From positions 2,758-66,757 of the forward strand of contig CAIVRE010000020.1 in the NCBI GenBank assembly GCA_903908245.1: a stretch of 64,000 bases of DNA, written 5' to 3'. Every line of letters starts with the position of its first letter. Positions within the stretch are counted from its first letter, which is position 1. Position numbers and translations under genes: made by a program. Positions 17,517 through 28,648 of the stretch are shown here, in pieces. The notes beneath the pieces are model-generated. The model worked only from the letters and a program-made list of their open reading frames with translations, searched no databases and was not told the DNA's origin. The DNA comes from Candidatus Omnitrophota bacterium. GTDB taxonomy: Bacteria; Omnitrophota; Gorgyraeia; Zapsychrales; Fredricksoniimonadaceae.

Positions 17517-19015
17517 TTCTTGTTCACCGCATTGAGATACGCTTTCACCGATGCTTCAATAACATCCGTCGAAGCCCCGACGCCCGTGATCTCGTCGCCG
17601 TCAAAATCCACACGCACACGCACTTCTCCCTGGGCATCCTGCCCCTCGGTAACCGACTGAATGCCGTAATTGAGCAGTTTGCCCTTCAAACCGGTGATCG
17701 CATCGACCGCCACATAACAGGCGTCAACCGGGCCGTCACCGGTAGCATTGGCGGTAAAACTTTTTGCACCGCACTTCAAGCACACTTCCACTTTAGGCTT
17801 GATCGCCGTCCCGCTGGTGACCACCAGGGACCCCAGCGACCAGACATCTTTCACTTCCTGGACCTCGTCCGCAACGATCGCGATCAGGTCCTCGTCAAAG
17901 ACCTCTTTTTTCTTGTCCGACAGGTCCTTGAACCGCCCGAACGCCTTATCCAGCTCCTGGTCATTGAGTTCTATATTCAGCTGCTTGAGCCTGGCCTTCA
18001 GCGCATGACGGCCGGAATGTTTGCCCATCACCAGGCCCACACCCGTGAACCCCACATCTTCAGGCCTGATGATCTCATAAGTCGTCGGCTCTTTCAATAC
18101 ACCGTCCTGATGGATCCCCGACTCATGCCGAAAAGCATTGGCCCCCACGATCGCCTTGTTCGGCGCGATCACAAAACCCGTATGCTTGCTGACCAGCCGT
18201 GAAACACGGCAGATCTCCTGCGCCTTGATGCCTGTCGATACGCCAAAATAATCCTGGCGGGTCCGCAAGGCCATCACCACCTCTTCCATCGAGGTATTCC
18301 CCGCGCGCTCGCCGATACCATTGACCGTACACTCTATCTGACGGGCACCGCACCTGACCGCCGCCAAAGAATTGGCCACCGATAACCCCAGGTCATCATG
18401 ACAATGCACCGAAATGACCGCCTTGCCGATATTCGGCACATTATTCCTTATATCCAGGATCAACTGGCCATACTGTTCAGGCATCGCGTAACCGACAGTA
18501 TCGGGGATGTTAACGGTTGTTGCTCCAGCTTTTATAACAGCCTCCAGGACACGATACAAAAAGATCTTGTCACTGCGGGAAGCATCCTCCGGCGAGAACT
18601 CGACATCCGCTGCGAACTTCTTCGCGTACTTGACGGCGTCCACCGCGATCTGCACGATCTCGTCAGGTGACTTCCTCAACTTGTGCTCCATATGGATCTT
18701 GGACGTCGCCAGAAAAACATGAATGCGCGGATGCCTCGCGGCTTTCAGCGCCTGGGCCGCGGCATCAATATCTTTCTTGACGGAACGGGCCAATCCGGCC
18801 ACCGACGCCTTCTTTGCCATCCTGGCTACCGACACAACAGAGTCAAAGTCACCCTTTGAAATGACCGGGAACCCGGCTTCAATAATGTCGACGCCCATAC
18901 GCTCCAGCGCCTGCGCCACTTCCATCTTCTCGCGCTGGTTCATGCTGGCGCCCGGAGCCTGCTCTCCGTCGCGCAATGTCGTATCGAATATCAATACTTT
19001 ATCTGTTTTTCCCAT
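17456..19015 (-). CDS. leuA: 2-isopropylmalate synthase.
   Basis: LIFDTTLRDGEQAPG and HCHDDLG motifs. The start is taken at MGKTDKV. Confidence 0.9.
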   Translation of the reverse strand: MGKTDKVLIFDTTLRDGEQAPGASMNQREKMEVAQALERMGVDIIEAGFPVISKGDFDSVVSVARMAKKASVAGLARSVKKDIDAAAQALKAARHPRIHVFLATSKIHMEHKLRKSPDEIVQIAVDAVKYAKKFAADVEFSPEDASRSDKIFLYRVLEAVIKAGATTVNIPDTVGYAMPEQYGQLILDIRNNVPNIGKAVISVHCHDDLGLSVANSLAAVRCGARQIECTVNGIGERAGNTSMEEVVMALRTRQDYFGVSTGIKAQEICRVSRLVSKHTGFVIAPNKAIVGANAFRHESGIHQDGVLKEPTTYEIIRPEDVGFTGVGLVMGKHSGRHALKARLKQLNIELNDQELDKAFGRFKDLSDKKKEVFDEDLIAIVADEVQEVKDVWSLGSLVVTSGTAIKPKVEVCLKCGAKSFTANATGDGPVDACYVAVDAITGLKGKLLNYGIQSVTEGQDAQGEVRVRVDFDGDEITGVGASTDVIEASVKAYLNAVNKKCAAAKAKTRKNDIAFGLQP

Positions 19016-19034
19016 ATCGATCTCCAGTCTATAT

Positions 19035-19067
19035 AAAAACGCCCCGTTATAACGGGGCATTTTTAAA
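19035..19067 (-). terminator. Hairpin terminator between ilvC and leuA.
   Basis: GCCCCGTTATAACGGGGC hairpin flanked by A- and T-runs. Confidence 0.5.
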
Positions 19068-19087
19068 GATCACCCTCAGGTTATAAC

Positions 19088-20080
19088 CTATTTTTTGATC
19101 CAGGACATCATGCCCCGAAGTCGCTTGCCAACTTCTTCGATCTGATGTTTGTCCTGGTCCGCACGCATCTTGAGAAAATCTGCACGGCCCTTCTTGTTCT
19201 CTTTCATCCACTCACGGGCAAACTTCCCGCTCTGGATCTCTTTTAAAATCTTTTGCATTACCTTCTTGGTCTTGTCCGTTACAATGCGCGGGCCGCGGCT
19301 ATAGTCGCCATATTCAGCGGTATCCGACACACGCTTGCGCATCCCGGCAATGCCCTCTTCATAAATAATATCAACAATAAGCTTTAACTCATGTAAACAT
19401 TCAAAATAAGCCATCTCCGGCGCGTAACCAGCCTCGACAAGTGTCTCAAAACCAGCCTTGATCAGCGCGCTGGTTCCGCCGCAAAGGACAACCTGCTCGC
19501 CGAAAAGATCGGTCTCAGTCTCTTCCTTAAATGTTGTCTCAAAAACACCCGCACGGCTTCCGCCCAGACCTTTGGCATAAGCCAAAGCCTCTTTAAGCGC
19601 GTTGCCGGAAGCATTCTGATGGATCGCCACAAGGCACGGGACGCCTTTCCCTTCTTCATACTGACGACGAACAAATGAACCCGGCCCCTTGGGAGCCACC
19701 ATCCAGACATCAATATCCGCCGGAGGCTTGATCTGGCCAAAATGAATGTTAAACCCGTGTGAAAAAACCAGCGCCTTGCCCTTCTTCATATAACGGCGCA
19801 GCTGCTTCTTGTAGATCTCGGCCTGCAAATGATCCTGGGTCAAAATAACAATAATATCGGCTTTCTGCGCGGCTTTCCCGGCATCCATCGGCTTGAACCC
19901 GTCGTCAATAGCCTTCTGATAATTAGGGCCGCCTTCACGCTGTCCGATAATGACATTCAAGCCGCTATCACGCAAATTAAGCGCCTGGCCGCGGCCCTGA
20001 ATGCCATAGCCAATGATCGCAATGGTCTTGTTCTTTAACACATTCAAATCCGCATCCTGATCATAATAGATCTTTGGCAT
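19088..20080 (-). CDS. ilvC: Ketol-acid reductoisomerase.
   Basis: [21 protein letters not shown] Rossmann motif. 330 aa. Confidence 0.9.
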   Translation of the reverse strand: MPKIYYDQDADLNVLKNKTIAIIGYGIQGRGQALNLRDSGLNVIIGQREGGPNYQKAIDDGFKPMDAGKAAQKADIIVILTQDHLQAEIYKKQLRRYMKKGKALVFSHGFNIHFGQIKPPADIDVWMVAPKGPGSFVRRQYEEGKGVPCLVAIHQNASGNALKEALAYAKGLGGSRAGVFETTFKEETETDLFGEQVVLCGGTSALIKAGFETLVEAGYAPEMAYFECLHELKLIVDIIYEEGIAGMRKRVSDTAEYGDYSRGPRIVTDKTKKVMQKILKEIQSGKFAREWMKENKKGRADFLKMRADQDKHQIEEVGKRLRGMMSWIKK

Positions 20081-20094
20081 AAAACATTCTTTCT

Positions 20095-21078
20095 TTAACG
20101 TAACATGTTGATTAGTCGATACCGTTCCTGATAAATATCATTGATCCGCTTCCTGGCATCCGCCAGCGGAATAATATTGATCTTGTTCTGCATAACGCCT
20201 ATCGCTTTCCCGTAATTTCCCTTCAACAGCTCTTCCACCGCCGCGACACCCAAACGAGTCGACAAGATACGGTCGAACGCGCAGGGATTTCCCCCGCGCT
20301 GAACATGTCCAAGGACAACAGAACGAGCCTCAAAACCGGTCATGTTTGTGATCGTTTCCGCCAGGACATTGGCCTTGATCACCCCTTCGGAAACAACAAC
20401 GATCCAGCTGATCTTGCCTTTCTTCGCACCCTGGGAGATCCTGCTGCACATCTCCTTATAATCCGGCTTGGCTTCCGGGACCACCACATCTTCCGCTCCG
20501 GAGCTTAAAGCAACCTCCATCGCAATGTATCCCGAGCGATTCCCCATCACTTCAACAATAAAAATGCGCTCCATGCTGTGCGCGGTATCCCGGATCTTGT
20601 CGATCGCGTCCACCGCCGTATTGATCGCGGTATTACAACCGATGGTCTGGTCTGTCCCGTGGAGATCATTATCGATCGTCCCCGGAATGCCTACCGTCGG
20701 AACGCCCCATTTGTTATAAAGCTCACTCGCCCCAAGATACGATCCATCCCCACCAACCACCACCAACGCGTCGATCTTGTGCCTCTTCATTGTGTTAAGG
20801 GCTTTCTTCTGCCCGGCCTCGGTCCGGAATTCCGGCGAACGCGCCGTCTTCAGAATAGTACCCCCGCGGCCAATAATACCGGAAACCGAACGACGATCCA
20901 TTTCGATCAGGTCATTATCAATAAGGCCCTGGTAACCCCGCAATATCCCTTCGACTTTAAGGCCACAACTGATCGCCGAACGGACGATCGCCCGTACCGC
21001 CGCATTCATACCCGGGCCATCCCCGCCTGAACACAGAACCCCGATCTTTTTGATTGATGTCTTTTTAATCATGATCAA
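20095..21078 (-). CDS. pfkA: ATP-dependent 6-phosphofructokinase.
   Basis: [21 protein letters not shown] and GGDGS motifs. Confidence 0.9.
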   Translation of the reverse strand: MIMIKKTSIKKIGVLCSGGDGPGMNAAVRAIVRSAISCGLKVEGILRGYQGLIDNDLIEMDRRSVSGIIGRGGTILKTARSPEFRTEAGQKKALNTMKRHKIDALVVVGGDGSYLGASELYNKWGVPTVGIPGTIDNDLHGTDQTIGCNTAINTAVDAIDKIRDTAHSMERIFIVEVMGNRSGYIAMEVALSSGAEDVVVPEAKPDYKEMCSRISQGAKKGKISWIVVVSEGVIKANVLAETITNMTGFEARSVVLGHVQRGGNPCAFDRILSTRLGVAAVEELLKGNYGKAIGVMQNKINIIPLADARKRINDIYQERYRLINMLR

Positions 21079-22478
21079 TAACGATAATGATCCGGTTTAT
21101 AAGGGCCTTCTGCCGGCACGCCGATATACTTGGCCTGCTTGGCAGTTAATTTTGTAAGTTTAGCACCAACGTTTTCCAAATGCAACCTTGCCACCTCTTC
21201 GTCAAGATTCTTTGGAAGGCGATAAACACCAACATCGTACTTCTTCTGCCAGAGCTCAAGCTGAGCCAATGTCTGGTTCGTGAACGAATTCGACATAACG
21301 AACGATGGATGCCCGGTTGCGCAGCCCAGGTTGACCAAGCGGCCCTCCGCCAGAAGGATAATACAATGCCCGTCAGGGAAAACATACTTGTCCACCTGCG
21401 GCTTGATATTGATCCTTTTGATCCCTTTGACCTTGGCCAGATCATAAACCTGGATCTCATTATCAAAATGACCAATATTGCACACAATGGCGGAATCTTT
21501 CATCTTCGCCATATGAGCAACTGTAACAATATCCGCGTTCCCCGTGCATGTGACATAAAGATTCGCTTCGGGCAATGCATCTTCGATCGTCTTGACCTCG
21601 AAGCCTTCCATCGCGGCCTGAAGCGCACAGATCGGATCGATCTCGGTCACGATCACTCGCGCGCCGTAAGTTCGCAGCGAATGCGCGCAACCTTTACCCA
21701 CATCACCATAGCCGCAAACCACGGCTACTTTGCCTGCCAGCATCACATCCGTGGCGCGCTTGATCCCGTCAGCCAACGATTCACGGCAGCCGTAAAGATT
21801 ATCGAACTTCGACTTTGTCACCGAATCGTTCACATTGAACGCCGGGAAAAGAAGCCTGCCTTCACTCTGCATCTGATACAGACGGTGAACACCGGTCGTG
21901 GTTTCTTCCGAGACACCCTTGATCTTTGGTGTGATCCCGTGCCAAAGCTTTGGTGTTTTTTTCAAGATCGCTTTAAGGCACTTGTATAATTCCTTCTCGT
22001 CTTCACATTCAGCCTTGCGATTCAATACAGACGCATCTTTCTCCGCCGCAAACCCGAGGTGTACCATCATGGTGGCATCCCCGCCATCATCAACAATAAG
22101 GTCCGGACCCTTGCCGTCAGGAAAAACCAGCGCCTGCTTCGTGCACCACCAGTATTCTTCCAGCGTCTCGCCTTTCCAGGCGAATACCGCGATCCCAAGG
22201 TCAGCGATCGCCGCCGCAGCCTGGTCCTGGGTGGAAAAGATATTACAACTTGCCCAGCGGACCTCGGCCCCTAAAGCGGCCAGGGTCTTGATAAGGACCG
22301 CGGTCTCAATGGTCATATGAAGCGAACCCATGATCCGGGCGCCCTTAAGAGGCTTCTTCGCACCATACTTGCGCTGAAGCGACATCAAACCCGGCATTTC
22401 CTTCTCGGCCATCACGATCTGCTTGTGCCCAAGTTCTGCTAAACCGATATCTTTGACTTTATAATCCTGAGAAGCCAT
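21075..22478 (-). CDS. ahcY: Adenosylhomocysteinase.
   Basis: 467 aa. Full-length match to SAH hydrolase, including the NAD-binding GYGDVGKG. Confidence 0.9.
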   Translation of the reverse strand: MASQDYKVKDIGLAELGHKQIVMAEKEMPGLMSLQRKYGAKKPLKGARIMGSLHMTIETAVLIKTLAALGAEVRWASCNIFSTQDQAAAAIADLGIAVFAWKGETLEEYWWCTKQALVFPDGKGPDLIVDDGGDATMMVHLGFAAEKDASVLNRKAECEDEKELYKCLKAILKKTPKLWHGITPKIKGVSEETTTGVHRLYQMQSEGRLLFPAFNVNDSVTKSKFDNLYGCRESLADGIKRATDVMLAGKVAVVCGYGDVGKGCAHSLRTYGARVIVTEIDPICALQAAMEGFEVKTIEDALPEANLYVTCTGNADIVTVAHMAKMKDSAIVCNIGHFDNEIQVYDLAKVKGIKRINIKPQVDKYVFPDGHCIILLAEGRLVNLGCATGHPSFVMSNSFTNQTLAQLELWQKKYDVGVYRLPKNLDEEVARLHLENVGAKLTKLTAKQAKYIGVPAEGPYKPDHYRY

Positions 22479-22583
22479 CTTGTCCCCGTTCTTGTTTTAA
22501 AGAATCGGGACATATTGGATTTCCTAAGACCGGAATACAGAAAACCAATATGTCCCGCGTATTATTGCGCCTCTTACCCGATA
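22479..22583 (-). promoter_or_regulatory. Structured 5' leader of ahcY. A 13-bp perfect stem encloses a nested hairpin. Candidate cis-regulatory RNA.
   Basis: CGGGACATATTGG (22506-22518) pairs with CCAATATGTCCCG (22545-22557). The nested stem inside is UUCC-GGUCUUA-GGAA. Confidence 0.35.
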
Positions 22584-23741
22584 TTAAACTCCGGCATCCT
22601 TCTTTAAAGCATTCACCATATCCGTCTTTTCCCAACGGAAGGCGGGATTGCCGAAATGCCCGTAAGCCGCTGTACGACGGAAGACCGGCTTGCGCAGGTC
22701 GAGCTTCTTGATAATACCGGCAGGCGTAAGGTCAAAGTTCTTGCGGATGATCTCGACGATCTTCTGCTCGGAAACCTTGCCCGTACCAAAAGTATCAATA
22801 AAAATACTGAGCGGCTCGGCCTTACCGATAACATAGCTCAACTGGATCAGGCACTTGTTGGCAATGCCGGCAGCCACGATGTTCTTGGTGATATAACGCG
22901 CCATGTACGCCGCGCTACGGTCAACTTTGGTCGGATCCTTGCCGGAGAACGCGCCGCCGCCGTGAGGAACAACCCCGCCGTACGTATCAACGACGATCTT
23001 GCGGCCGGTGACTCCGGTGTCAGACTGCGGGCCGCCCACAACGAATTTACCGGTCTGATTCACATAGAACTTGGTGTTCTTGTCGATCAACTTGCCGACA
23101 ATGGGCATGGCGACCTGTTTGATAATATCATTGCGCGACTTATCCGTGATCTTCATCCCCGTCTTGTCCAGGATCTTCTCGGTATGCTGGCAGGCAAGAA
23201 CGACCGAATCAATACGCTTCGGCTGCCCGTCAACATACTCGACCGTTACCTGGCTTTTGCAGTCGGGCCCAAGGTAATCCAGGATCTTTTTATTACGCAC
23301 TTCTTCAACACGCTTGACCAGCTTATGCGCCAGCGTGATCGGAAGCGGCATCAGCTCTTTTGTCTCATCAGAAGCATAACCGTACATGATCCCCTGATCA
23401 CCGGCGCCGCCCGCATCAACACCCTGAGAAATATCAGGAGACTGGCGGTTAATGGCATTAAGGATCGCACAGGTTGACGCATCAAACCCATAGACCTGGT
23501 TCGTATAACCAATATCGGCGAGAACGCCGCGGACAAGCTTGTGCACATCGACATAAGTGGTAGTGGTGATCTCACCCCCGACAATAACAAGGCCCGCGCT
23601 GATAAACGTTTCACACGCCACACGCCCCTTGGGGTCGTCTTTTAAGACCGCATCCAATACGGAATCGGAGATCTGGTCGCAAACCTTGTCCGGATGGCCG
23701 TTACCAACGGATTCTGATGTAATAAAATAATTACCTTTCAC
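22584..23741 (-). CDS. metK: S-adenosylmethionine synthetase.
   Basis: [20 protein letters not shown] and GGGAFSGKD motifs. Confidence 0.95.
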   Translation of the reverse strand: MKGNYFITSESVGNGHPDKVCDQISDSVLDAVLKDDPKGRVACETFISAGLVIVGGEITTTTYVDVHKLVRGVLADIGYTNQVYGFDASTCAILNAINRQSPDISQGVDAGGAGDQGIMYGYASDETKELMPLPITLAHKLVKRVEEVRNKKILDYLGPDCKSQVTVEYVDGQPKRIDSVVLACQHTEKILDKTGMKITDKSRNDIIKQVAMPIVGKLIDKNTKFYVNQTGKFVVGGPQSDTGVTGRKIVVDTYGGVVPHGGGAFSGKDPTKVDRSAAYMARYITKNIVAAGIANKCLIQLSYVIGKAEPLSIFIDTFGTGKVSEQKIVEIIRKNFDLTPAGIIKKLDLRKPVFRRTAAYGHFGNPAFRWEKTDMVNALKKDAGV

Positions 23742-23776
23742 GATCGCCTTCCTTTCGTAATACTTCTTTATGGGAT

Positions 23777-24517
23777 TTAATCCTGAAAACTTTTTTGAGC
23801 CTCATTATACGATTCAACAGAACCAATATCATACCACTTTCCGGAAAAAGTCAACCCAAAAACTGGCTGTTTTTTATACAGCCACTGGACATACCCTCCG
23901 GTCGTGTCCGCGTTATGGGTCTCCTCTACAAACTGCCGTAACTGCGGCAATGAAGCGGCCGGATAGTAATACAAACACATCGAGATCAGGCTGGACTTCG
24001 GAAGCTTGGGCTTTTCCTCAAGAGAAGACATTTGACCATTGCCATCCAACTGAATAACCCCGTATTTACTGGCCCCGGCAATACTTCCAAGATCATAACA
24101 ACCCACCGTAACGGAAGGCGTCTTACCCTTTGCAAAAGAAAAGAACGGCTTAATGTCAAAATCGAAAAGATTGTCGCTGCCCGCCACAACCCAGTCTGAC
24201 ATCGACTTCTCGGACGCTAATACAAAAAGAACATCCCCAATAGCCCCCAGACGCTCTTCAGGCGTATGCGTTCCGTCATTCACGACACGGATCGGACAGG
24301 TCCCGCCGCTCCTGCCTTTTACCCAGCCGGAAAGCATATCAGCGAACTTGGCATTGGTGACAACAACGATCTCGTCGATCCCGGGGACATCCGCGAACTT
24401 GTCGACCGTATGGTCTATCAGCGTTTTTCCGGCGATATTCAGTAAAGCCTTGGGAGTATCTTTAATAAGAGGATATAAGCGCGTGCCGTAACCGCCGGCC
24501 AGGATCAGGACTTTCAT
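23777..24517 (-). CDS. Sugar-phosphate nucleotidyltransferase (NTP_transferase fold).
   Basis: N-terminal [14 protein letters not shown] motif. Confidence 0.7.
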   Translation of the reverse strand: MKVLILAGGYGTRLYPLIKDTPKALLNIAGKTLIDHTVDKFADVPGIDEIVVVTNAKFADMLSGWVKGRSGGTCPIRVVNDGTHTPEERLGAIGDVLFVLASEKSMSDWVVAGSDNLFDFDIKPFFSFAKGKTPSVTVGCYDLGSIAGASKYGVIQLDGNGQMSSLEEKPKLPKSSLISMCLYYYPAASLPQLRQFVEETHNADTTGGYVQWLYKKQPVFGLTFSGKWYDIGSVESYNEAQKSFQD

Positions 24518-26298
24518 TAAAGCTTTGCCTCGTAAGAATAAAAATCCGGCGCCACTTTCTTAAGCGCATTGTTCATGTATTCTTCCACTTCCTGTCCGGT
24601 GCTTAACCGCAAGGCTTCCTTCGCAAACTCCTCGATATCCGCGAACTTGATACTGCGGACAGCCCTCTTGATCTGCGGAATAGAAGAAGGCGACATACTG
24701 AAAGAATCCACCCCAAGCCCCATCAAGACCATGGCCAGGGTCTGGTCACTGGCCATCTCGCCGCAAACGCTCACCTTGATGCCGGCATCATGCGCGGCAT
24801 TGATCGTGCGGCGGATAAGGCGGAGCACCGCCGGATGTCCAGGCTCATAAAACTGAGCCATCTTTTCATTTGTACGGTCAACAGCCAACGTGTACTGGAT
24901 CAGGTCATTGGTACCTATACTAAAAAAATCCGCCTCTTTCGCCAAAAGGTCTGCCGTCATCGCGGCAGCAGGGACCTCGATCATCACACCCACCGGCATT
25001 CTTTCATTAAAAGCAACGCCTTTCTCACGCAAACGGTCTTTGACGCCTTTAAGGATCTCGTTCGCCGCGCGCAACTCTCCGGGCCCGGCGATCATTGGAT
25101 ACATAAGCGCAACATTGCCATGTGCCGTGGCGCGCAGGATCGCCCTAAGCTGGGTACGGAATATCTCCGGCTCTTCCAGGCACAAACGAATGGCCCGGCT
25201 TCCAAGGAAAGGTGTCATTTCTTTCGGAAGCTGGATACTGGACAGAAATTTATCGCCTCCGAGGTCAAGGGTCCTGATAATGACCTGGTTGGGGTTCATC
25301 TCCTCCGCGATCTTCCGGTAGGCCGCATACTGCTCTTCTTCCGTCGGAAGGTCAAGACGGTTCATATAAAAGAACTCGGTCCTGTACAAACCGATCCCTT
25401 CTGCCCCGTATTTCTTTACCCCCGGGATCTCTCCATGGATCTCAAAATTCGCCATCAACCCCACTCGCCGGCCATCCTGCGTCTCGGCAGGGACATCCCG
25501 CGTATTTAAGATCGACCCTTCGTACTGGGCGATCTTGGTTTGTTCCTTTAAATACAGGCGCTTGGTTTCTTCGGTCGGATGGATAATGACCACTCCCTTG
25601 CGGCCGTCAACGATCAAATAATCCTGATTGCTGATACGCAAAGTCGCGTCATTTAACCCCAGGACCGCCGGCACGCCAAGGGATTTGGCAATGATCGCCG
25701 TATGCGCCGTACGCCCGCCGACATCCGTAAGAAAGCTGAGGATCCTCTTGCTGTACATCGTGACCGCGTCAGACGGTGAAATGTCATGCGCAACAATGAT
25801 GATCTCCCCCAGAAGGGTCTCAAAATCATGCAGCCGTGACTCCCCCATCAAATGCTTCAACACCCGCCGGCCCACATCCGACACATCCGACGAACGCTCC
25901 TTGATATATTCATCCTCGATCTTGTCAAAGATCGCGATATAACGGTTCAACACCTGGGAAAAAGCACATTCGGCCCCGCATTGCTCCGACCGGATCCGCT
26001 TCTTGACCTCATCAATAAGCATGCAATCCTCTAGGACCAGAAGATGCGCATCGAAGATCTGCGCATCAGATCCTCCAACCTTGGCCATGATCTTGTCCTT
26101 GACTCCCTGGATCTCGGCCTTTGTCTTTAAGACCGCCTCCTCGAACCTGGCGATCTCAATAAGCACCTCTTCGGGCAAAACCATCCGATCGGAGACAATA
26201 AAGTCCTGCTGATCCAGAAGAAAAGCATGGCCCATGGCAATGCCCGGGGCCGCAGGGATCCCTTTGAGAACAACCTCATTATCAAATTTCTTTGGCAA
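24517..26298 (-). CDS. ptsI: Phosphoenolpyruvate-protein phosphotransferase (PTS enzyme I).
   Basis: 593 aa. GGRTAHTAIIAKSLGVP phosphohistidine region and the PEP-utilising C-terminal domain. Confidence 0.9.
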   Translation of the reverse strand: MPKKFDNEVVLKGIPAAPGIAMGHAFLLDQQDFIVSDRMVLPEEVLIEIARFEEAVLKTKAEIQGVKDKIMAKVGGSDAQIFDAHLLVLEDCMLIDEVKKRIRSEQCGAECAFSQVLNRYIAIFDKIEDEYIKERSSDVSDVGRRVLKHLMGESRLHDFETLLGEIIIVAHDISPSDAVTMYSKRILSFLTDVGGRTAHTAIIAKSLGVPAVLGLNDATLRISNQDYLIVDGRKGVVIIHPTEETKRLYLKEQTKIAQYEGSILNTRDVPAETQDGRRVGLMANFEIHGEIPGVKKYGAEGIGLYRTEFFYMNRLDLPTEEEQYAAYRKIAEEMNPNQVIIRTLDLGGDKFLSSIQLPKEMTPFLGSRAIRLCLEEPEIFRTQLRAILRATAHGNVALMYPMIAGPGELRAANEILKGVKDRLREKGVAFNERMPVGVMIEVPAAAMTADLLAKEADFFSIGTNDLIQYTLAVDRTNEKMAQFYEPGHPAVLRLIRRTINAAHDAGIKVSVCGEMASDQTLAMVLMGLGVDSFSMSPSSIPQIKRAVRSIKFADIEEFAKEALRLSTGQEVEEYMNNALKKVAPDFYSYEAKL

Positions 26299-26545
26299 TG
26301 AAAGCCTCCAACTCTTTTAAAGCTGCCTCGGCATCCGCCCCGTCAACCGCAAGAACGATCTCCGCGTTATGGTCTGCTCCAAGCATCAGGATCCCCATAA
26401 TGAATTTGCCATTGATCTCTTCCGCGCCTTTACGCACAGTGACCTGCGCATCGAATTTATTGGCGATCTGCACGAACATGGCCGCAGGACGCGCATGAAG
26501 ACCCTGCTTGCATGATACTCTGAGAACTTTCGAAATTTTTGGCAT
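26282..26545 (-). CDS. ptsH: Phosphocarrier protein HPr.
   Basis: 87 aa. GLHARPA active-site His15 motif. Confidence 0.9.
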   Translation of the reverse strand: MPKISKVLRVSCKQGLHARPAAMFVQIANKFDAQVTVRKGAEEINGKFIMGILMLGADHNAEIVLAVDGADAEAALKELEAFIAKEI

Positions 26546-26547
26546 AA

Positions 26548-27792
26548 TTAACGCCTGATCACCCTGTTTTTCTCAATAGCTTTTATAAGCGCCTGCGTCA
26601 ACTTGTGCGAATCATGCCGGACATAATCCTTGATCCCGACAATATCTTCTGCGTACACCTTAATGCCCATCTCCCGGATCTCGTCCCCGTCAAAACGGAC
26701 GGGAAAAGAATTCTCTCTCTTGTAACGCTCGAGCGCATCAGGCGCAACGATCTCCCTGTCATTGACCAGGATCGCGTCAACAAGGTCTTTACGGGTATGC
26801 TCAACAATAACCTTCAAATGATCGGCAGCGGAGAAATTCTCGGTCTCGCCCATCTGCGTCATCATGTTACATACGTAGATCTTGAAAGCCGGCGAAGCCG
26901 CGATGGCATCCGCCATCCCTTTAATGACAAGGTTCGGGAGAATACTGGTATAAAGGCTTCCGGGCCCGACAATGACCACATCCGCATCGGCGATCGCTTC
27001 AAGCGCTGCCGGCGTCGGAGCAACCTCCTCCGGATTGAGATACAACTGTTCAATGCCAACCCCGGGACGAGGGATACTCGCCTCCCCCTCGGTAACCCTG
27101 CCATCCTTATACCGCGCCACCAAATGGACACTCTCAACCGTTGAAGGAATGACCCTTCCACGGATGGCAAGGACTTTACTGGTCAGCTCGACCGACTCCT
27201 GAAAGTCACGCTCCGCAACTTCATAAAGAGCCGTCAGGAACAAATTGCCGAAATTATGCCCCTTAAGCTCGGACTTCTCGGGAAAACGATATTGAAAAAG
27301 CTGTCCCATAATGGCGGGAGCATCGGCCAGGGCCACCAGGCAATTGCGGATATCCCCCGGAGCAACAATATTGAACTGCTCCCGCAAACGGCCGGATGAC
27401 CCGCCGCTGTCAGCCACCGTCACAATAGCCGTGATATTCGAGGTGTATTCTTTCAAAGCCAACAGCAGGTTCGAAAGGCCATGTCCGCCGCCGATCGCCA
27501 CGATCTTCGGGCCACGCTCGAGATACCTTTTTTGATACAAAATATTTACAAGATCCTGCTCTCTCTTGGGAAGAAAAAGCGTGATAAGCGATACCGTCAG
27601 CTTCAATATCCCCAGGACAATGAAAATGATCCCGCAAAGAACAATGACCAGACCAAAACCATTAACGAAATGATACGGAGATGCGGAAAAGAAAGCGCCT
27701 AACGCAACGATCCCTATACCCAAAAGCGATGTCAAAACCCATCGCTTTATCTGTATGCCCGGGTACAACCACTTTAGAAAGTTGCTGGACAT
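26548..27792 (-). CDS. YvcK-like gluconeogenesis factor (CofD/UPF0052 family), with an N-terminal membrane anchor.
   Basis: IVAIGGGHGLSNLL...VTVADSGGSSGRLR motifs. Confidence 0.8.
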   Translation of the reverse strand: MSSNFLKWLYPGIQIKRWVLTSLLGIGIVALGAFFSASPYHFVNGFGLVIVLCGIIFIVLGILKLTVSLITLFLPKREQDLVNILYQKRYLERGPKIVAIGGGHGLSNLLLALKEYTSNITAIVTVADSGGSSGRLREQFNIVAPGDIRNCLVALADAPAIMGQLFQYRFPEKSELKGHNFGNLFLTALYEVAERDFQESVELTSKVLAIRGRVIPSTVESVHLVARYKDGRVTEGEASIPRPGVGIEQLYLNPEEVAPTPAALEAIADADVVIVGPGSLYTSILPNLVIKGMADAIAASPAFKIYVCNMMTQMGETENFSAADHLKVIVEHTRKDLVDAILVNDREIVAPDALERYKRENSFPVRFDGDEIREMGIKVYAEDIVGIKDYVRHDSHKLTQALIKAIEKNRVIRR

Positions 27793-27797
27793 TGTCC

Positions 27798-28268
27798 TTA
27801 ACTAAGTTGTGCGTCTTCGCGTAGAACGAGATCAAGGATCTCTTTTTTATCTTTGGCGGATTTCAGGCTTTCGCGGAAATATTTATCCTTGAGGAGGCGG
27901 GAAACACGGGCCAATGCCTTCAAATGAGGTCCGGCAGAATCAACGGGTGCCGCAAGCAGAAAAAATATGTAGGCCGGCTCACCGTCGAGAGCGTCAAAAT
28001 CGATCCCCTTCTTGCTGACACCGAGCCCGGCGATCAGCTTGTCGACACAATCTGTCTTCCCATGCGGAATAGCGATCCCCTGTCCTATCGCAGTAGACCC
28101 AAGCGCTTCACGGGCCATCAGGACATCAATGATCTTCGCCTTATTCTTCTTCTCGAACGCCCCCGCCTCAACCATGGCGGAAACCATCTCTTCGATCAAT
28201 TCTTTCTTGTTTGTTGCCTTCAGATCAGAAATAACAGCGTCGGAACAAAGAAAATCAAGGGTCTTCAT
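27798..28268 (-). CDS. ptsN: PTS EIIA type-2 (nitrogen-related EIIA, PtsN-like).
   Basis: GIAIPHG active-site motif. 156 aa. Confidence 0.8.
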   Translation of the reverse strand: MKTLDFLCSDAVISDLKATNKKELIEEMVSAMVEAGAFEKKNKAKIIDVLMAREALGSTAIGQGIAIPHGKTDCVDKLIAGLGVSKKGIDFDALDGEPAYIFFLLAAPVDSAGPHLKALARVSRLLKDKYFRESLKSAKDKKEILDLVLREDAQLS

Positions 28269-28301
28269 GCAGTGCTACCTCCTGGTGATGAGAACAAAGA
28301 G

Positions 28302-28374
28302 AGCGGCGGATGGGGTTCGAACCCACGACATCGACCTTGGCAAGGTCGCATTCTACCAACTGAATTACCGCCGC
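28302..28374 (-). tRNA. tRNA-Gly (GCC).
   Basis: Reverse complement GCGGCGGTAATTCAGTTGGTAGAATGCGACCTTGCCAAGGTCGATGTCGTGGGTTCGAACCCCATCCGCCGCT. The anticodon loop TTGCCAA gives GCC. Confidence 0.9.
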
Positions 28375-28470
28375 ATTATGTCGAACAAGAGCAATAAAAT
28401 GAAAATTATTTTAACATTAAGCGAAATCGTGTCAACAAATAACGATACCCAATGGAAGTTTTTCTCAAAA

Positions 28471-28551
28471 TGGGCGGGAGAGGACTTGAACCTCCATTCC
28501 TTACGGAACCAGATCCTAAGTCTGGCGCGTCTGCCATTTCGCCACCCGCCC
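28471..28551 (-). tRNA. tRNA-Leu (TAG).
   Basis: Reverse complement GGGCGGGTGGCGAAATGGCAGACGCGCCAGACTTAGGATCTGG...GGTTCAAGTCCTCTCCCGCCCA. It has a long variable arm. Anticodon TAG. Confidence 0.85.
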
Positions 28552-28555
28552 TGAA

Positions 28556-28618
28556 TTTTCAAGAATTCTTGAAAATTCATCCCTTGGCTCTGGTGGGCCC
28601 CTACAGGGCCCCCAGCCA
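28556..28618 (-). repeat. Inter-tRNA spacer with a perfect 20-bp palindrome and an adjacent GC-rich ~18-bp hairpin.
   Basis: TTTTCAAGAATTCTTGAAAA lies at 28556-28575. The hairpin CCCTTGGCTCTGGTGGGCCC-CTACA-GGGCCCCCAGCCAAGGG follows at 28578-28618. Confidence 0.5.
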
Positions 28619-28648
28619 AGGGGGCTTCCTCTCAATAATTCCAAAAAA

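Noticed and set aside
18970-19060. N-terminal extensions of leuA (MPRYNGAFLYRLEID). The same pattern occurs in aroE, sufC, metX, the Rrf2 gene, the TolC-like gene, the MORN gene and the primase.
   Set aside because: Conserved family N-termini begin at internal Mets with better RBS or coupling geometry. The extensions run into upstream genes or terminators.
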